Shown here in pieces: positions 19,597 to 30,687 of a DNA stretch of 64,000 nucleotides (the first letter of the stretch is position 1; every line of letters starts with the position of its first letter). Under the pieces are notes generated by a model that saw only the letters and a list, made by a program, of their open reading frames with translations, did no database searches and was not told the origin of the DNA. This DNA comes from an uncultured Bacillales bacterium. GTDB taxonomy: Bacteria; Bacillota; Bacilli; Tepidibacillales; Tepidibacillaceae. Where the stretch lies: positions 4,189 through 68,188 of the forward strand of contig CAZKBI010000004.1 in assembly GCA_964551195.1 (NCBI GenBank), in the 5' to 3' direction. The translations under genes were made by a program, and so were the position numbers.

Positions 19597-21222
19597 GTGG
19601 ATACGATGACTATGGTATTCTTACTCATCGGCGGACTTGGTATGTTCCTATTCGGAATCAAGTATATGTCAGATGGCTTGCAAAAAGCAGCTGGTGATAA
19701 CCTCCGCAAGATTCTCGAACGGATGACTTCCAATCCGATCAAAGGTGCATTTGCCGGTATGCTTGTTACGGCAATGATTCAGAGTAGTACAGGTACAACT
19801 GTCTTAACAGTTGGCTTGGTTAATGCTGGCTTTTTAAACCTACGACAAGCAATCGGTATCATTATGGGTGCTAACGTTGGTACGACTATTACAAGCTTTA
19901 TTATTGGTTTTAATCTTACACAATATTCTTTGCCGATTGTTGCAGTTGGGGCATTTTTACTTTTCTTTTCCAAGAAAAAGAACATTAATAATATCGGAGA
20001 GGTAATCTTCGGCTTTGGTTTGCTTTTCTTTGGATTGAAAACGATGGGTGATGGCATGTACCCATTTAGGGAATCAGAAATGCTAATTGATTTAATGCAG
20101 AATTTTGCCGATAATCCGATTACTGGAGTTCTGATTGGAACCATCTTCACGGTAATTGTACAAAGTAGTTCAGCCACTATCGGAGTAATGCAGATGCTTG
20201 CCGATTCAGGAGTTATCACACTTCTACAGTCCTTGCCGATTTTATTCGGGGATAATATCGGAACAACAATTACAGCCATATTAGCAGCAACTGGGGCTGG
20301 AGTAGCAGCTAAACGAACCGCACTGAGCCATATGTTATTTAATATATTAGGTACGATTATCTTTATGTTCCTATTACAAATTGGCGTCTACCCGCTGATG
20401 ATTGAGTTTTTCGCTAGTAATCTTAATATTAAGATGCAAATAGCTGTAGCACATGGGATTTTCAACTTCTCTAACCTATTGATTCAGTTACCATTTGTCG
20501 GTGTACTGGCCTACGTAGTGACTAAACTTGTTCCTGGTGATATTCGGGAATTTGAATACGGAGTTAAATATATTGATAAACGCCTCCTAGACAACCCTTC
20601 ACTTGCATTAAGACAAGTAGTTCACGAATTGGCGCGGATGGGCGGAGTTGCAAGAGATGCTTTAGTAGATGCGGTTGATTATTTTTATACTGGCAATGAG
20701 GAAAAAGTTACGCATGCTGCGGCAGAAGAAGAAATTGTAAATGAGTTAGAGAAGAATATCTCGAAATATATTGTTGAAATCAGTCAACGTTCACTCTCTA
20801 CCAGACAATCCAAACAGGCATCAATTTACCTGCAAATTGCAAACGATATTGAACGAATTGGCGATCACGCCGACAACATTATTGAGCTTGGACAATTTTC
20901 TCATAAAAATATATTAGTATTTACTGACTTAGCAAATGAGGAATTACGAACAATGTTTGATTTAACTCTCTTAAGTTGCAAACAAATTTTTACAGCTTTA
21001 GAGAATCTTGACGCTGATCTAGCAAGGCAGGTCATTGAGAATGAGAAGGTTCTCGACAGTATGGAAGCTGAATACCGCAAGTCACACCTTAAACGATTGA
21101 ATACTGGTGAATGTGGTGGAGGCGCTGGCGTAGTATTTCTTGATATTATTGGTAACTTGGAGCGAATAAGTGACCACTGCTTTAATATTGCACAAGCAAT
21201 TAAAGAAGATGTTTATTCATAA
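19597..21222 (+). CDS. Na+/phosphate cotransporter family protein (NptA-like with PhoU-like C-terminal domain)
   Basis: 541 aa. Contains duplicated Na_Pi_cotrans repeats (QSSTGTT / QSSSATIG), and the C-terminal helical repeats carry ERIGDH / ERISDH PhoU-type motifs. The GTG start lies 6 nt after GGAGGA. Confidence 0.85.
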   Translation: MDTMTMVFLLIGGLGMFLFGIKYMSDGLQKAAGDNLRKILERMTSNPIKGAFAGMLVTAMIQSSTGTTVLTVGLVNAGFLNLRQAIGIIMGANVGTTITSFIIGFNLTQYSLPIVAVGAFLLFFSKKKNINNIGEVIFGFGLLFFGLKTMGDGMYPFRESEMLIDLMQNFADNPITGVLIGTIFTVIVQSSSATIGVMQMLADSGVITLLQSLPILFGDNIGTTITAILAATGAGVAAKRTALSHMLFNILGTIIFMFLLQIGVYPLMIEFFASNLNIKMQIAVAHGIFNFSNLLIQLPFVGVLAYVVTKLVPGDIREFEYGVKYIDKRLLDNPSLALRQVVHELARMGGVARDALVDAVDYFYTGNEEKVTHAAAEEEIVNELEKNISKYIVEISQRSLSTRQSKQASIYLQIANDIERIGDHADNIIELGQFSHKNILVFTDLANEELRTMFDLTLLSCKQIFTALENLDADLARQVIENEKVLDSMEAEYRKSHLKRLNTGECGGGAGVVFLDIIGNLERISDHCFNIAQAIKEDVYS

Positions 21223-21226
21223 ATAA

Positions 21227-21253
21227 AAGGAAGGATGCAAGGCATCCTTCCTT
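21227..21253. terminator. Bidirectional rho-independent terminator between convergent genes
   Basis: A perfect AAGGAAGGATGC/GCATCCTTCCTT stem flanked by an A-run and a T-run. Confidence 0.75.
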
Positions 21254-21271
21254 ATTTTAATTAAAGTTCTA

Positions 21272-21658
21272 TCAGCCGTAAATAGCTACTTTCGATTGTT
21301 CCACGGCAACTGGCGCCATCCCTCGTGCAACTTCTATCGCTTCGTATTCAGTAGCTTCCAGCTGCTTGGCTATATATTGTGCAGCAACGTTCGGATCAAT
21401 TATATCACCACAAGTATAAACATCGATGCTTGCATAACCATGCTCTGGAAAACTGTGAATTGTAAGATGCGATTCCGAAATAATTACAACACCACTAACG
21501 CCCATTGGTGCAAACTTATGAAATGCTACTTCCCTAATCTCTGCTCCTGCTTTTAAAGCTGCGTCTACCATAATGCTTTCGATTAACTTCAGATTGTTTA
21601 ATTTCTCAATATTGCAGTGCCATAATTCAGCGATAACATGACGTCCCATAGTATCCAT
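21272..21658 (-). CDS. speD: S-adenosylmethionine decarboxylase proenzyme (class 1A)
   Basis: GRHVIAELW and the self-cleavage site [13 protein letters not shown] are present. I placed the start at the ATG at 21658, after a GGGGGG RBS. Confidence 0.9.
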   Translation of the reverse strand: MDTMGRHVIAELWHCNIEKLNNLKLIESIMVDAALKAGAEIREVAFHKFAPMGVSGVVIISESHLTIHSFPEHGYASIDVYTCGDIIDPNVAAQYIAKQLEATEYEAIEVARGMAPVAVEQSKVAIYG

Positions 21659-21798
21659 ATGAATACCCCCCATTTGTTAAAATTCATGCCCTCTCAAGCA
21701 CGCGGGACCTATTTCTACAACGGGGGAAAGTTAGTCCAAAGAGATCCTAACCCTTTAAGTAGATACCGGTTCCTAGTTAAAATAAATTACCAGCACTC

Positions 21799-21827
21799 AT
21801 TATAGTCTTTTTAATAAATGAATGCAA
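21799..21827 (-). promoter_or_regulatory. sigmaA-type promoter for speD
   Basis: Minus strand: TTGCAT (21827-21822), a 17-nt spacer, then TATAAT (21804-21799). This implies a leader of about 135 nt. Confidence 0.5.
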
Positions 21828-21851
21828 TACTTATTTTACTACTTTAAGACC

Positions 21852-22871
21852 TTATTTTCGTGCAACTGAATAAGCTTTAGAAATGTATTTTGCAACATCA
21901 ACAATACGGCAGGAATAGCCCCATTCGTTGTCGTACCAAGCGAGTACTTTAATCTGCTTCTCGCCAATAACCATTGTCGATAATCCATCAATTGTCGAGG
22001 AGTGCTCATCACCAACGAAATCCACTGACACTAATGGTTCCTCTGTATATCCTAGAATGCCCTTTAAAGAACTTTCACTTGCTGTTTTAAATACTTTATT
22101 TACCATATCAACATCGACCTTCTCCTTAACATTAACAACTAAGTCAACAAGTGAAACGTCAGGAGTTGGCACTCTGATTGCTAAGCCGTTCAATTTCCCG
22201 GCCAATTCCGGAAGAACAATTGATAGAGCTCTTGCAGCACCAGTCGAAGTAGGAATCATTGAGAGCGCTGCAGCTCGTGCTCGACGCGGATCCTTGTGCA
22301 TATTGTCGAGCAACTTTTGGTCGCTAGTATAGGAGTGAATTGTTGTCATCATTCCGTATTCAATTCCGAAATTATCATTTAAAACTTTCACAAAAGGGGC
22401 AAGACAGTTAGTAGTACAAGATGCATTGGAGATTATGTGATGCTTTTTGTAATCGTATTCATCTTCGTTAACTCCCATTACAATCGTAACATCTTCATCA
22501 ATTGCTGGCGCTGTAATCAATACCTTCTGTGCGCCTGAGATAAGATGTGCCGAGGCTTCTTCCTTGCTCCTAAATTTCCCGGTAGCTTCAATCACCACTT
22601 CGACATCTAAATCAGACCATGGCAACTTAGAGGCATCACGTTCAGAAATCAATAGAGTCTCCTTACCATTTACAATTAGACTATTATCGGTGTAGTCAAC
22701 CGGATATTCAAATTTCCCATGAACAGAATCGTATTTAAGCATATGTGCGAGCTGTTCAGGTGTGTAGCTTGCATTAACAGCAACAATATTAATATCATCC
22801 TCAGAAACCATTCGACGAAATACCATCCGCCCTATTCTCCCAAAACCATTAATTGCAACTCTAATTGACAT
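21852..22871 (-). CDS. gap: Glyceraldehyde-3-phosphate dehydrogenase
   Basis: INGFGRIGR Rossmann motif and SNASCTTNCLAP active site. It is adjacent to speD and coaE, like B. subtilis gapB. Confidence 0.9.
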   Translation of the reverse strand: MSIRVAINGFGRIGRMVFRRMVSEDDINIVAVNASYTPEQLAHMLKYDSVHGKFEYPVDYTDNSLIVNGKETLLISERDASKLPWSDLDVEVVIEATGKFRSKEEASAHLISGAQKVLITAPAIDEDVTIVMGVNEDEYDYKKHHIISNASCTTNCLAPFVKVLNDNFGIEYGMMTTIHSYTSDQKLLDNMHKDPRRARAAALSMIPTSTGAARALSIVLPELAGKLNGLAIRVPTPDVSLVDLVVNVKEKVDVDMVNKVFKTASESSLKGILGYTEEPLVSVDFVGDEHSSTIDGLSTMVIGEKQIKVLAWYDNEWGYSCRIVDVAKYISKAYSVARK

Positions 22872-22936
22872 CGATTGCTTCCTCCTTAAATTTATCTTTA
22901 ATTACAAGACGATTTATATTAACTATGGCATCGTCC

Positions 22937-23539
22937 CTATCGTATGTTCTCATCCTCCAAACGCTTAATAACACGGTCAACCTCAGTTTCAAGGGTTGGT
23001 AAATCATTATTATTATAGATAATAATATCGCCTCTGCGGATATTCCTGCGAATGCAACACTGGGCATGTATGCGATAGAGTGCCTCACGCTCAGATATCT
23101 GGTCTCTTTTCATTAAACGTTCAACTTGTTTATTTATATCAGTAAAAACAACGACTATTAAGTCGAACAACATTTCTGATTTTGTCTCAAAAAGTAAAGG
23201 AAATTCAACTAAGACTATCTGGTGTTCACGCTCAAGCTCTCGAGCGCGTCTCATTGTCTGTCTAATTATCGGAGCATGAGTAATTTTGTTAAGTTTTCTT
23301 CTTTTCCACCAGCTATGGAAGACAATGTCAGCAAGCTTTTTGCGATTAATTTCCTTGTTATCTAATAAAATTTCCTCGCCAAAGTAATCGACAATTTCCT
23401 TCCAGACTGGTGTCTCAGGCTTGATTATCTCCTCACGGTAGACTAGATCAGCACTAACGACTGGTATACCCCTATTTTCAAAAATCTCTGCAACTGTAGT
23501 TTTACCACTTGCAATTCCACCAGTTAAACCAATTAACAT
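22937..23539 (-). CDS. coaE: Dephospho-CoA kinase
   Basis: MLIGLTGGIASGKTT P-loop; 200 aa. Confidence 0.9.
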   Translation of the reverse strand: MLIGLTGGIASGKTTVAEIFENRGIPVVSADLVYREEIIKPETPVWKEIVDYFGEEILLDNKEINRKKLADIVFHSWWKRRKLNKITHAPIIRQTMRRARELEREHQIVLVEFPLLFETKSEMLFDLIVVVFTDINKQVERLMKRDQISEREALYRIHAQCCIRRNIRRGDIIIYNNNDLPTLETEVDRVIKRLEDENIR

Positions 23540-23557
23540 TTCATCAACTCCTAACAG

Positions 23558-24391
23558 CTATAATTTCTGACAGTTGGGACAAAAATGTGTTCCCCGCCCC
23601 GCTATTCTGATTTTTTCAATCGGTGTTCCGCATCGAAAACAAGGTTTGCCTGTCTGTCCATAAACAATTAAGTGTTCCTGCATCGAACCCTTACCATATA
23701 TCGTTTCAAAGGATTTAATCGTTGATCCACCATATTGAATCGCCTTATTTAAAACCTCACGCATCGCTCTCACAAGTTGCTCTATCTCCTGATCTGTTAA
23801 GCTATTTGCTGGTCGATTCGGATTTATCATGCTTTTTGCGAGCGAATCATCAACATAGATATTCCCTAAACCACTTACAATCTCTTGATTTAGAAGGACT
23901 TGTTTAATTGAGCCTCTCCTACGACTTAACTGTTCAGTGAATTCAGCTAAATCGAAATTGGGATCTATCGGCTCCTGTCCGAGTTTCGTTAATGGGAAAA
24001 AACTGCTAAGCTCGTGATTCCAGACTAGGTCCATCGTTCCAAACTTACGTACGTCATGATAGCGCAGCTGCGAGCCATCTGTGTTGGTAAAAACAATATG
24101 TGTATGTTTATCATAAATCTGCACAGCCTCAATTGGTGTTTTATATAAATACTTGCCTTCCATTCGCAAATGAGAGACCAAAGTAATGTCATCAAAAATA
24201 AATAAGAGGTATTTCCCCTTGCGGTCAATTGTTACTAATTCTTTACCCTCTAATAATAATTTAAATATATCAGTATCACTTGGTGTGCGGATTATTTTCG
24301 GATAAATTATTTCAATCTCCCCGATTATTTTACCCACAATCAATTCTTTAAGTGTATTTTTTACTATCTCAACCTCAGGTAATTCTGGCAC
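23558..24391 (-). CDS. mutM: Formamidopyrimidine-DNA glycosylase
   Basis: MPELPEVE N-terminus and a C-terminal zinc finger CFRCGTPI...HFCPNCQ. Confidence 0.95.
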   Translation of the reverse strand: MPELPEVEIVKNTLKELIVGKIIGEIEIIYPKIIRTPSDTDIFKLLLEGKELVTIDRKGKYLLFIFDDITLVSHLRMEGKYLYKTPIEAVQIYDKHTHIVFTNTDGSQLRYHDVRKFGTMDLVWNHELSSFFPLTKLGQEPIDPNFDLAEFTEQLSRRRGSIKQVLLNQEIVSGLGNIYVDDSLAKSMINPNRPANSLTDQEIEQLVRAMREVLNKAIQYGGSTIKSFETIYGKGSMQEHLIVYGQTGKPCFRCGTPIEKIRIAGRGTHFCPNCQKL

Positions 24392-24406
24392 TCTACTTCA
24401 ACCCCT

Positions 24407-27058
24407 TTAATTCGCGTCATACCAATTTTTACCCTCGCTCATATCAACCTTGATTGGAACTTTTAACTGGAGTGCACCCTCCATCTTCTCCCTTATTAAC
24501 TGGCGCATTTGTACAAGTTCATCAGGTGCAACCTCGTAGATCAACTCATCATGTACTTGCAATTTTAGACAACTTCTGAAACCAGCATCTTTGATTGCCT
24601 GCTCGATTCTGACCATTGCTATTTTAATAATGTCAGCTGCAGTCCCCTGAATAGGTGTATTAATTGCCGTCCTTTCAGCAAAGCTTCTTAAGTTAAAGTT
24701 CGAACTATTGATATCTGGTAAATAGCGCCGACGATTTGCAAGTGTACTGACATAGCCAAGTTTTTTGGCGCTTGCTATAGTATTATTCATATATTCCTTA
24801 ACCGCAGGATAAATTGCAAAATAACGATCAATAAAATCCTGCGCCTCTTTACGGGAAATATTAAGATTCTGCGATAAACCATAATCACTTATTCCATATA
24901 CTATACCGAAATTTACTGCCTTCGCTTGCCGGCGGTAAATCGGCGTTACTTCATCCTCTCTTAATCCAAATACTTCCATTGCTGTTGAAGTGTGAATGTC
25001 CATATCATTAGTAAAAGCCTCTATGAGAGTTTCATCATTGGCGATATGAGCAAGAACACGTAATTCTATCTGAGAATAGTCGGCAGCCATTATTGTCCAG
25101 CCCTCATTAGAGGGGATAAACACCTCTCTAATTTTCCGTCCTTCCTCTAAACGAATCGGAATATTCTGCAGATTAGGTTCAGTGCTACTAAGTCTTCCGG
25201 TTGTCGTAAGTGCCTGCTTAAAGGTCGTATAAACATGTTCTGTCTTTTGATCTACCACCTTTAGTAAGCCATCAATATAGGTAGATTGTAGCTTAGCCAG
25301 CTGCCGATATAAGAGAATTTTTTCAATAATCGGGTGATATGGATTCAATTTTTCTAAGACTTCCACATCAGTTGAATAGCCAGTTTTTGTTTTCTTAATC
25401 ACTGGTAACTCTAATCGCTCAAATAGAATTACGCTTAATTGCTTAGGTGAGTTTAAATTAAATTCTTCACCTGCTAACTCGTAAATATCTCTTACAAGAT
25501 TATCTAAACGCCGATCTAAATCCTTTCCGATCTCTTGCAGTTTTTTAACATCAATCTTAAAGCCACGCTTTTCCATGTTTGCTAATACCCGTGCCAGCGG
25601 AAGCTCGATTTCCTCAAGTAATACAAGCATCTCGTTCGCAACTAGAAGTTTTTCCAAGATAGGTAGTAGGCGGAAAATCGCTCTTGCCTGTCCACCTAGA
25701 TAGCTTGCCAGAATATCAACCTCTGGTAGCGCCCATTTTGCTCCCTTACCAAAAATTTGTTCCTCGCTGTCTAGATTTATTTCCGAATAATGACTGGCGA
25801 CCGCCGCAAGCTCGTAGGCACCAGTTGCTGGATCAAGCAGGTAATTACTAAGCATTAGGTCACCACAAACACCAGCAAGATTTACGCCTGATCGAAATAA
25901 GGCAATCTCATCGCTTTTGCTATCGAAACAATACTTAGGAGCTCTATTGTCAGCTAAGTAATTTATAAATTCAGGACTCGCCTTAGCATCATCTAAGCTC
26001 ATAAAAACGCACTCGTTTCCATCAGATATCGCAAGACCGGCAATCTCTTGCTTAGGCAATTTCTGTTTATTGAGACAGATTGCAAGGGCGCTGGGTTTTC
26101 TCTCTCTAAAATGTTTGTCCCATTTGCTTTTTTCAGTCTGTGGATAAATACTTACATTGACAGAAAAATTAACCTTGTCTGAGGTCTTCTCCACATCAGC
26201 GCAGCCGATTCTTTCCAGTAAGGATTTAAAACCATATTGTCTAAAGAATCGAGCAAGTTCTTCAGTATCAGTTTCACCAATCCGATAATGATCAAGTTGT
26301 AAATCCATCGGTACAGTTCGATCTATTGTCGCTAGCCATTTACTAAGAACTGCTGTCTCTTGATGCTCTGTTAGATTTTCTTTTAACTTTTTGCCCTTAA
26401 CATTCTCGATATTCGTAAATACATTCTCTAAAGTCCCATACTCATCTAATAGTTTAAGCGCAGTTATCTGGCCAACTCCAGGAACTCCTGGTATATTGTC
26501 AGAGCTATCGCCCATTAGACCCTTTAAATCTATCATTTGCGACGGTTTTAAATTGTATTCGACTAGTAAGGCAGCACTATCATATATGTCTACTTGAGTG
26601 ATACCTTTTCGCGTTATGTGGACTGTTGTGGTATCAGAGATTAGTTGAAATAAATCCTTATCTCCACTATAAATAATTGTTTCAATTCCATGCTTATCAG
26701 CATAATCGGAAACAGTTCCGATAATATCATCTGCTTCGTAACCCGGCTGCTCATAGTAGCTAATGCCAAGTTTGTCTAATAATTCCTTAATTAGCGGGAA
26801 CTGCTCGGTTAATTCATGTGGCGTTTTCATTCTTGTACTTTTATAATCTTCGTACTTCTCATTTCTAAATGTGAGTTTCCCCGCATCAAACGCTACTAAT
26901 AAGTATTCTGGGTTAATGTCTTGAAGAATCCTTAACATAATCTGTGTAAACCCGTATACAGAATTAGTATAAACACCTTTTTTATTCATTAAAAGCGGCA
27001 AGGCGTAAAAAGCGCGATTCGCCAAGCTATTGCCATCAATTAATACTAATTTCTCCAC
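24407..27058 (-). CDS. polA: DNA polymerase I
   Basis: 883 aa with a 5'-3' exonuclease N-terminus and family A polymerase motifs (DYSQIELRVLAH, QVHDELI). Confidence 0.97.
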   Translation of the reverse strand: MEKLVLIDGNSLANRAFYALPLLMNKKGVYTNSVYGFTQIMLRILQDINPEYLLVAFDAGKLTFRNEKYEDYKSTRMKTPHELTEQFPLIKELLDKLGISYYEQPGYEADDIIGTVSDYADKHGIETIIYSGDKDLFQLISDTTTVHITRKGITQVDIYDSAALLVEYNLKPSQMIDLKGLMGDSSDNIPGVPGVGQITALKLLDEYGTLENVFTNIENVKGKKLKENLTEHQETAVLSKWLATIDRTVPMDLQLDHYRIGETDTEELARFFRQYGFKSLLERIGCADVEKTSDKVNFSVNVSIYPQTEKSKWDKHFRERKPSALAICLNKQKLPKQEIAGLAISDGNECVFMSLDDAKASPEFINYLADNRAPKYCFDSKSDEIALFRSGVNLAGVCGDLMLSNYLLDPATGAYELAAVASHYSEINLDSEEQIFGKGAKWALPEVDILASYLGGQARAIFRLLPILEKLLVANEMLVLLEEIELPLARVLANMEKRGFKIDVKKLQEIGKDLDRRLDNLVRDIYELAGEEFNLNSPKQLSVILFERLELPVIKKTKTGYSTDVEVLEKLNPYHPIIEKILLYRQLAKLQSTYIDGLLKVVDQKTEHVYTTFKQALTTTGRLSSTEPNLQNIPIRLEEGRKIREVFIPSNEGWTIMAADYSQIELRVLAHIANDETLIEAFTNDMDIHTSTAMEVFGLREDEVTPIYRRQAKAVNFGIVYGISDYGLSQNLNISRKEAQDFIDRYFAIYPAVKEYMNNTIASAKKLGYVSTLANRRRYLPDINSSNFNLRSFAERTAINTPIQGTAADIIKIAMVRIEQAIKDAGFRSCLKLQVHDELIYEVAPDELVQMRQLIREKMEGALQLKVPIKVDMSEGKNWYDAN

Positions 27059-27131
27059 TATGCCACCCCATATTCCTAATGACTATTCCTTAATTAATCA
27101 TACCATAACAATCAGAATTTATTAGGTTAAA

Positions 27132-27165
27132 TATAAAAAAACAGCCCCCCAAAAGAGAGCTGTTT
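27132..27165 (-). terminator. Rho-independent terminator after the SPFH gene
   Basis: Minus strand: AAACAGC...GCTGTTT stem followed by a T-run. Confidence 0.5.
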
Positions 27166-27187
27166 AAATATTTCTGTTTATTTATAA

Positions 27188-28030
27188 TTATTTCCTCTGA
27201 AATGACTCAATGTCGATAAAAGGAGTTGCTCCACCTGTCACATTCGGTAGAATCCCGTCCCATTTCTTAATTGCTGCAATCTGTGCTTCAATCTGTCTCA
27301 ACTGAATTAGATCAGGAGAGATAACCTCTTTTTGTAATCTAAGAGCTTCTGCTTCCGCTTTAGCACTTTCAATCGTTTGCTTCGCCTCAATTTCAATTCT
27401 TTGCAAGTCTAGTTGTGCTTTTAAAGCCTGTTGCTCAGCAATTTGTTTCTGCTCAATTGCATTATTAAACTCTGTGCTAAAGAGGAATTCAGTAATATTA
27501 ATCTCATCAAGAATCATATTATAATTATTGAATCTCTCTTGTAAAGCTTCTTTAATTAACGCACTAACCTCAGCACGTCTTGTGATCAGTTGCTCTGCAG
27601 TAAATTGTGCAGCGACAGCTTTAACTGCTTCACCAATAGCCGGGTCAACTACTCTTTCATTATAGGTAAGTCCAACATTTTTAAACAGTTGAGGGACCTC
27701 TCCATTTATTAAATGATAGTTAACAACAATGTTTGTAGAAACAATCTGTAAATCACGCGATGCTGCTGTCTGTTCAGACTCTCGTTTCTGAACCCTAACC
27801 TCTACTTGTACAACTTCTTGAATGATTGGGATCTTAAAAAACAGACCCTCTGGAACCGAGTTAGGTTGTACCTCACCTAAATGGACAACTACACCAACAT
27901 GCCCAGGTTGAACAATAACGATAGAACCATAGGCAAGTAAAGCAATTACTAATAGAATTACGACGATAACAATCCATTTAACTGAACTTTTATCGAATTT
28001 AGGTTTCATATCTACTACTCTTCCATCCAT
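27188..28030 (-). CDS. SPFH/band-7 (prohibitin-like) membrane protein
   Basis: N-terminal TM segment, a PHB domain pattern, and a C-terminal Ala/Glu/Gln-rich coiled coil. An AAGGAGGA RBS precedes the ATG at 28030. Confidence 0.85.
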   Translation of the reverse strand: MDGRVVDMKPKFDKSSVKWIVIVVILLVIALLAYGSIVIVQPGHVGVVVHLGEVQPNSVPEGLFFKIPIIQEVVQVEVRVQKRESEQTAASRDLQIVSTNIVVNYHLINGEVPQLFKNVGLTYNERVVDPAIGEAVKAVAAQFTAEQLITRRAEVSALIKEALQERFNNYNMILDEINITEFLFSTEFNNAIEQKQIAEQQALKAQLDLQRIEIEAKQTIESAKAEAEALRLQKEVISPDLIQLRQIEAQIAAIKKWDGILPNVTGGATPFIDIESFQRK

Positions 28031-28234
28031 GTTTCTTCCTCCTTAATTTAGATTTCAGATTTATAAATAATAAGAGCGATTAAGCTCTCTATTTACATTA
28101 ATCCAATTTTATAACTATTATTTATTATACCATATTAAATATGCATGGCTATGTTATAAATTTAATTTCTAGTATGATAGAGTAATTTTTACGATAATGC
28201 TATAGTGATATATATCAAAATAAAGTGGAGATAT

Positions 28235-28630
28235 ATGATGAAAAAAAGAATTTGGTCGATTCGACTACTTATAACCTTAATAGCACTGATAATTGTATTA
28301 ATGATTGCGCTCTTGTTGAAAGATCAATTTATAGTCAATTATTTAAATACAAGCTTCATCATTAGCTTAATTTTTCTAATGTTCGCAGGTATCGCTTATA
28401 CGATAACCTATGGCTTCTGGGAAGTTTTTGGTAAAGGAGCCAAGTTCCTCTTCTCTACAAGGGATGATAAAAAGGATCGAGATCACTTTAAGCATGAAGA
28501 AAAATCAGATAGCAAAAATGAAACTGAACTTCTCCGTGAAGCAGCAAAAAAAGAACTGTTCATCTTCCTCCCGCTCACGGTTGGGTTGGCGCTTCTAATA
28601 ATATCAATTACTTTACTCTTCCTAATTTAA
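28235..28630 (+). CDS. Small multi-pass membrane protein (DUF3899-like, unassigned)
   Basis: Three hydrophobic segments and a charged loop. I placed the start at the ATG after a GGAG RBS; the track start is an upstream GTG. Confidence 0.5.
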   Translation: MMKKRIWSIRLLITLIALIIVLMIALLLKDQFIVNYLNTSFIISLIFLMFAGIAYTITYGFWEVFGKGAKFLFSTRDDKKDRDHFKHEEKSDSKNETELLREAAKKELFIFLPLTVGLALLIISITLLFLI

Positions 28631-28644
28631 GATTAGTAATAAAA

Positions 28645-28677
28645 AAGCTGGGGTCGCTTAGATTGTGACCTCAGCTT
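28645..28677. terminator. Bidirectional terminator (membrane gene / oppF convergent)
   Basis: An 11-bp stem AAGCTGGGGTC/GACCTCAGCTT flanked by an A-run and a T-run. Confidence 0.75.
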
Positions 28678-28686
28678 TTGATTTTC

Positions 28687-29661
28687 TTAATTATATAAGT
28701 GGCACGCTACGAAATGTCCTGGTTTTACCTCTTCAAACACTGGTCTGACCTCTTTACAGATTGGCATAGCCTTTGGACACCTTGGGGCGAATGGACAGCC
28801 ATCAGGTGGATTAATCGGACTAGCAACGTCACCTTCAAGGATAATCCGCTGACGTGCTCGCTCAATGTTAGGATCCGGGATGGGAATTGCCGATAATAGG
28901 GCTTCTGTATATGGATGTAGGGGATTTGTGCTTAACTCTACACTATCTGCTAATTCGACTATCTGGCCTAGATACATAACCGCTATTCGGTCACTTATGT
29001 GCTTAACCATTGATAAATCATGTGCTATGAATAGATAGGTTAGTCCTTTTTCCTTCTGCAAATCCTGTAACAGATTGACTATCTGCGCCTGGATTGAGAC
29101 ATCTAATGCCGATATCGGCTCATCGCAGATAATGAATTCAGGTTCAACCGCTAAGGCTCTTGCGATACCAATCCTCTGCCTCTGACCGCCGCTGAACTCG
29201 TGCGCAAAACGATTGGCATGCTCTTTATTAAGTCCTACAGTTTCTAGTAAATCATAAATACGCTCGGCACGTTCTTCCCCTTTGGACAGTTTGTGAATGT
29301 CAATGCCTTCGCCAACAATGTCGGTAATGGTCATTCGCGGATTAAGTGAAGCATAAGGGTCTTGAAAAATCATTTGCATAGAACGAGAAAAACTCTTCAT
29401 CTCTTTTTTGGAAAGATTCACAAGATTCTTACCCTTAAAGATTACTTCACCATCCGTTGGCTCGTATAGACGAATAATCGTCCTCCCCGTAGTTGACTTT
29501 CCGCATCCTGACTCACCAACCAGACCGAGGGTCTCTCCTCTTCTTATTGCAAAGCTAACATCATCAACTGCTTTAACATTACCAGCCGGTACCTTAAAAT
29601 ATTTTTTTAGATGCTTAACCTCCAGAATAATATCATTCTTATCATCAATATTATTTGTCAT
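28687..29661 (-). CDS. oppF: Oligopeptide ABC transporter ATP-binding protein
   Basis: Walker [10 protein letters not shown], signature FSGGQRQR, and a C-terminal oligopeptide-type extension. I placed the start at the ATG at 29661, after an AGGGGGTG RBS. Confidence 0.9.
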   Translation of the reverse strand: MTNNIDDKNDIILEVKHLKKYFKVPAGNVKAVDDVSFAIRRGETLGLVGESGCGKSTTGRTIIRLYEPTDGEVIFKGKNLVNLSKKEMKSFSRSMQMIFQDPYASLNPRMTITDIVGEGIDIHKLSKGEERAERIYDLLETVGLNKEHANRFAHEFSGGQRQRIGIARALAVEPEFIICDEPISALDVSIQAQIVNLLQDLQKEKGLTYLFIAHDLSMVKHISDRIAVMYLGQIVELADSVELSTNPLHPYTEALLSAIPIPDPNIERARQRIILEGDVASPINPPDGCPFAPRCPKAMPICKEVRPVFEEVKPGHFVACHLYN

Positions 29662-30676
29662 CTTTAGCACCCCCTATTTGAAATGGTAATCCCTCTTTAA
29701 GGGCGTACTCATGTTGTAGCCAACATTTTGTTTTATGTCCACCAGAAATCACAGTGGTTTCTGGATTTATCATAGTACAAATATCCATTGCAAAACTACA
29801 GCGCGGGTAAAACGCACAACCGCTCGGTGGATCAATCATATCTGGTGGTGTTCCGTCAATTGTCAAAAGACGCGTGCCCTTCGAATCAATTCGCGGCACT
29901 GACCTTAGTAAGGCCCAAGTATAAGGGTGTTGTGGATTATAAAATATATCATCCTTAGAACCAATTTCAACAATTTCACCAGCATACATAACAATTACAC
30001 GTTGTGCCATGTTAGCAACAACCCCTAAGTCGTGTGTGATTAGAATAATCGACGTGTTAAGCTTCGCTTGCAAATCCTTCATCAACTCCAGAATTTGAGC
30101 TTGAATCGTTACATCAAGTGCGGTTGTCGGCTCATCAGCTATAAGTAATCGTGGCTTGCTAGCAAGAGCGATTGCAATCATCGCGCGCTGGCGCATGCCT
30201 CCGCTAAACTCATGGGGATACTGCTTAATTCTAAGGTCTGGATTCGGAATCCCAACTAATTTAAGCATTTCAATCGCTTGCACCTTCGCTTCACTACGCG
30301 ATAAACCCTGGTGCTTAATTAAACCCTCAGTGATCTGGCTACCAATCGTCATAGTTGGATTTAGCGAAGTCATCGGGTCTTGAAAAATCATTCCAATCTT
30401 TGAACCTCGAATACTCTCCATCTGTTTATTAGTTAATTGTATTAGGTCTTTGTCATCAAAATGAATTTCTCCATTCTTATAAGCAGCCGGCGGAGCTGGA
30501 TTCAAGCGCATTATTGACTGCGCTGTAACACTTTTACCACTACCTGACTCACCAACAATTGCAATGGCCTCCCCCCTAGTCACATCGAATGAAATCCCAC
30601 GCACCGCTTGGACTTCACCCCCATACGTAAAAAAGGAGACTTCTAGTTCTTTTACACTTAAAATTTTCTCTGTCAT
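29651..30676 (-). CDS. oppD: Oligopeptide ABC transporter ATP-binding protein
   Basis: Walker A GESGSGKS and signature FSGGMRQR. Confidence 0.9.
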   Translation of the reverse strand: MTEKILSVKELEVSFFTYGGEVQAVRGISFDVTRGEAIAIVGESGSGKSVTAQSIMRLNPAPPAAYKNGEIHFDDKDLIQLTNKQMESIRGSKIGMIFQDPMTSLNPTMTIGSQITEGLIKHQGLSRSEAKVQAIEMLKLVGIPNPDLRIKQYPHEFSGGMRQRAMIAIALASKPRLLIADEPTTALDVTIQAQILELMKDLQAKLNTSIILITHDLGVVANMAQRVIVMYAGEIVEIGSKDDIFYNPQHPYTWALLRSVPRIDSKGTRLLTIDGTPPDMIDPPSGCAFYPRCSFAMDICTMINPETTVISGGHKTKCWLQHEYALKEGLPFQIGGAKDDK

Positions 30677-30687
30677 CTTGTCTCCCC

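Noticed and set aside
19779-20279. 166-aa minus-strand ORF inside the Na/Pi cotransporter gene
   Set aside because: It is antisense to a CDS with clear family motifs and has no independent support.
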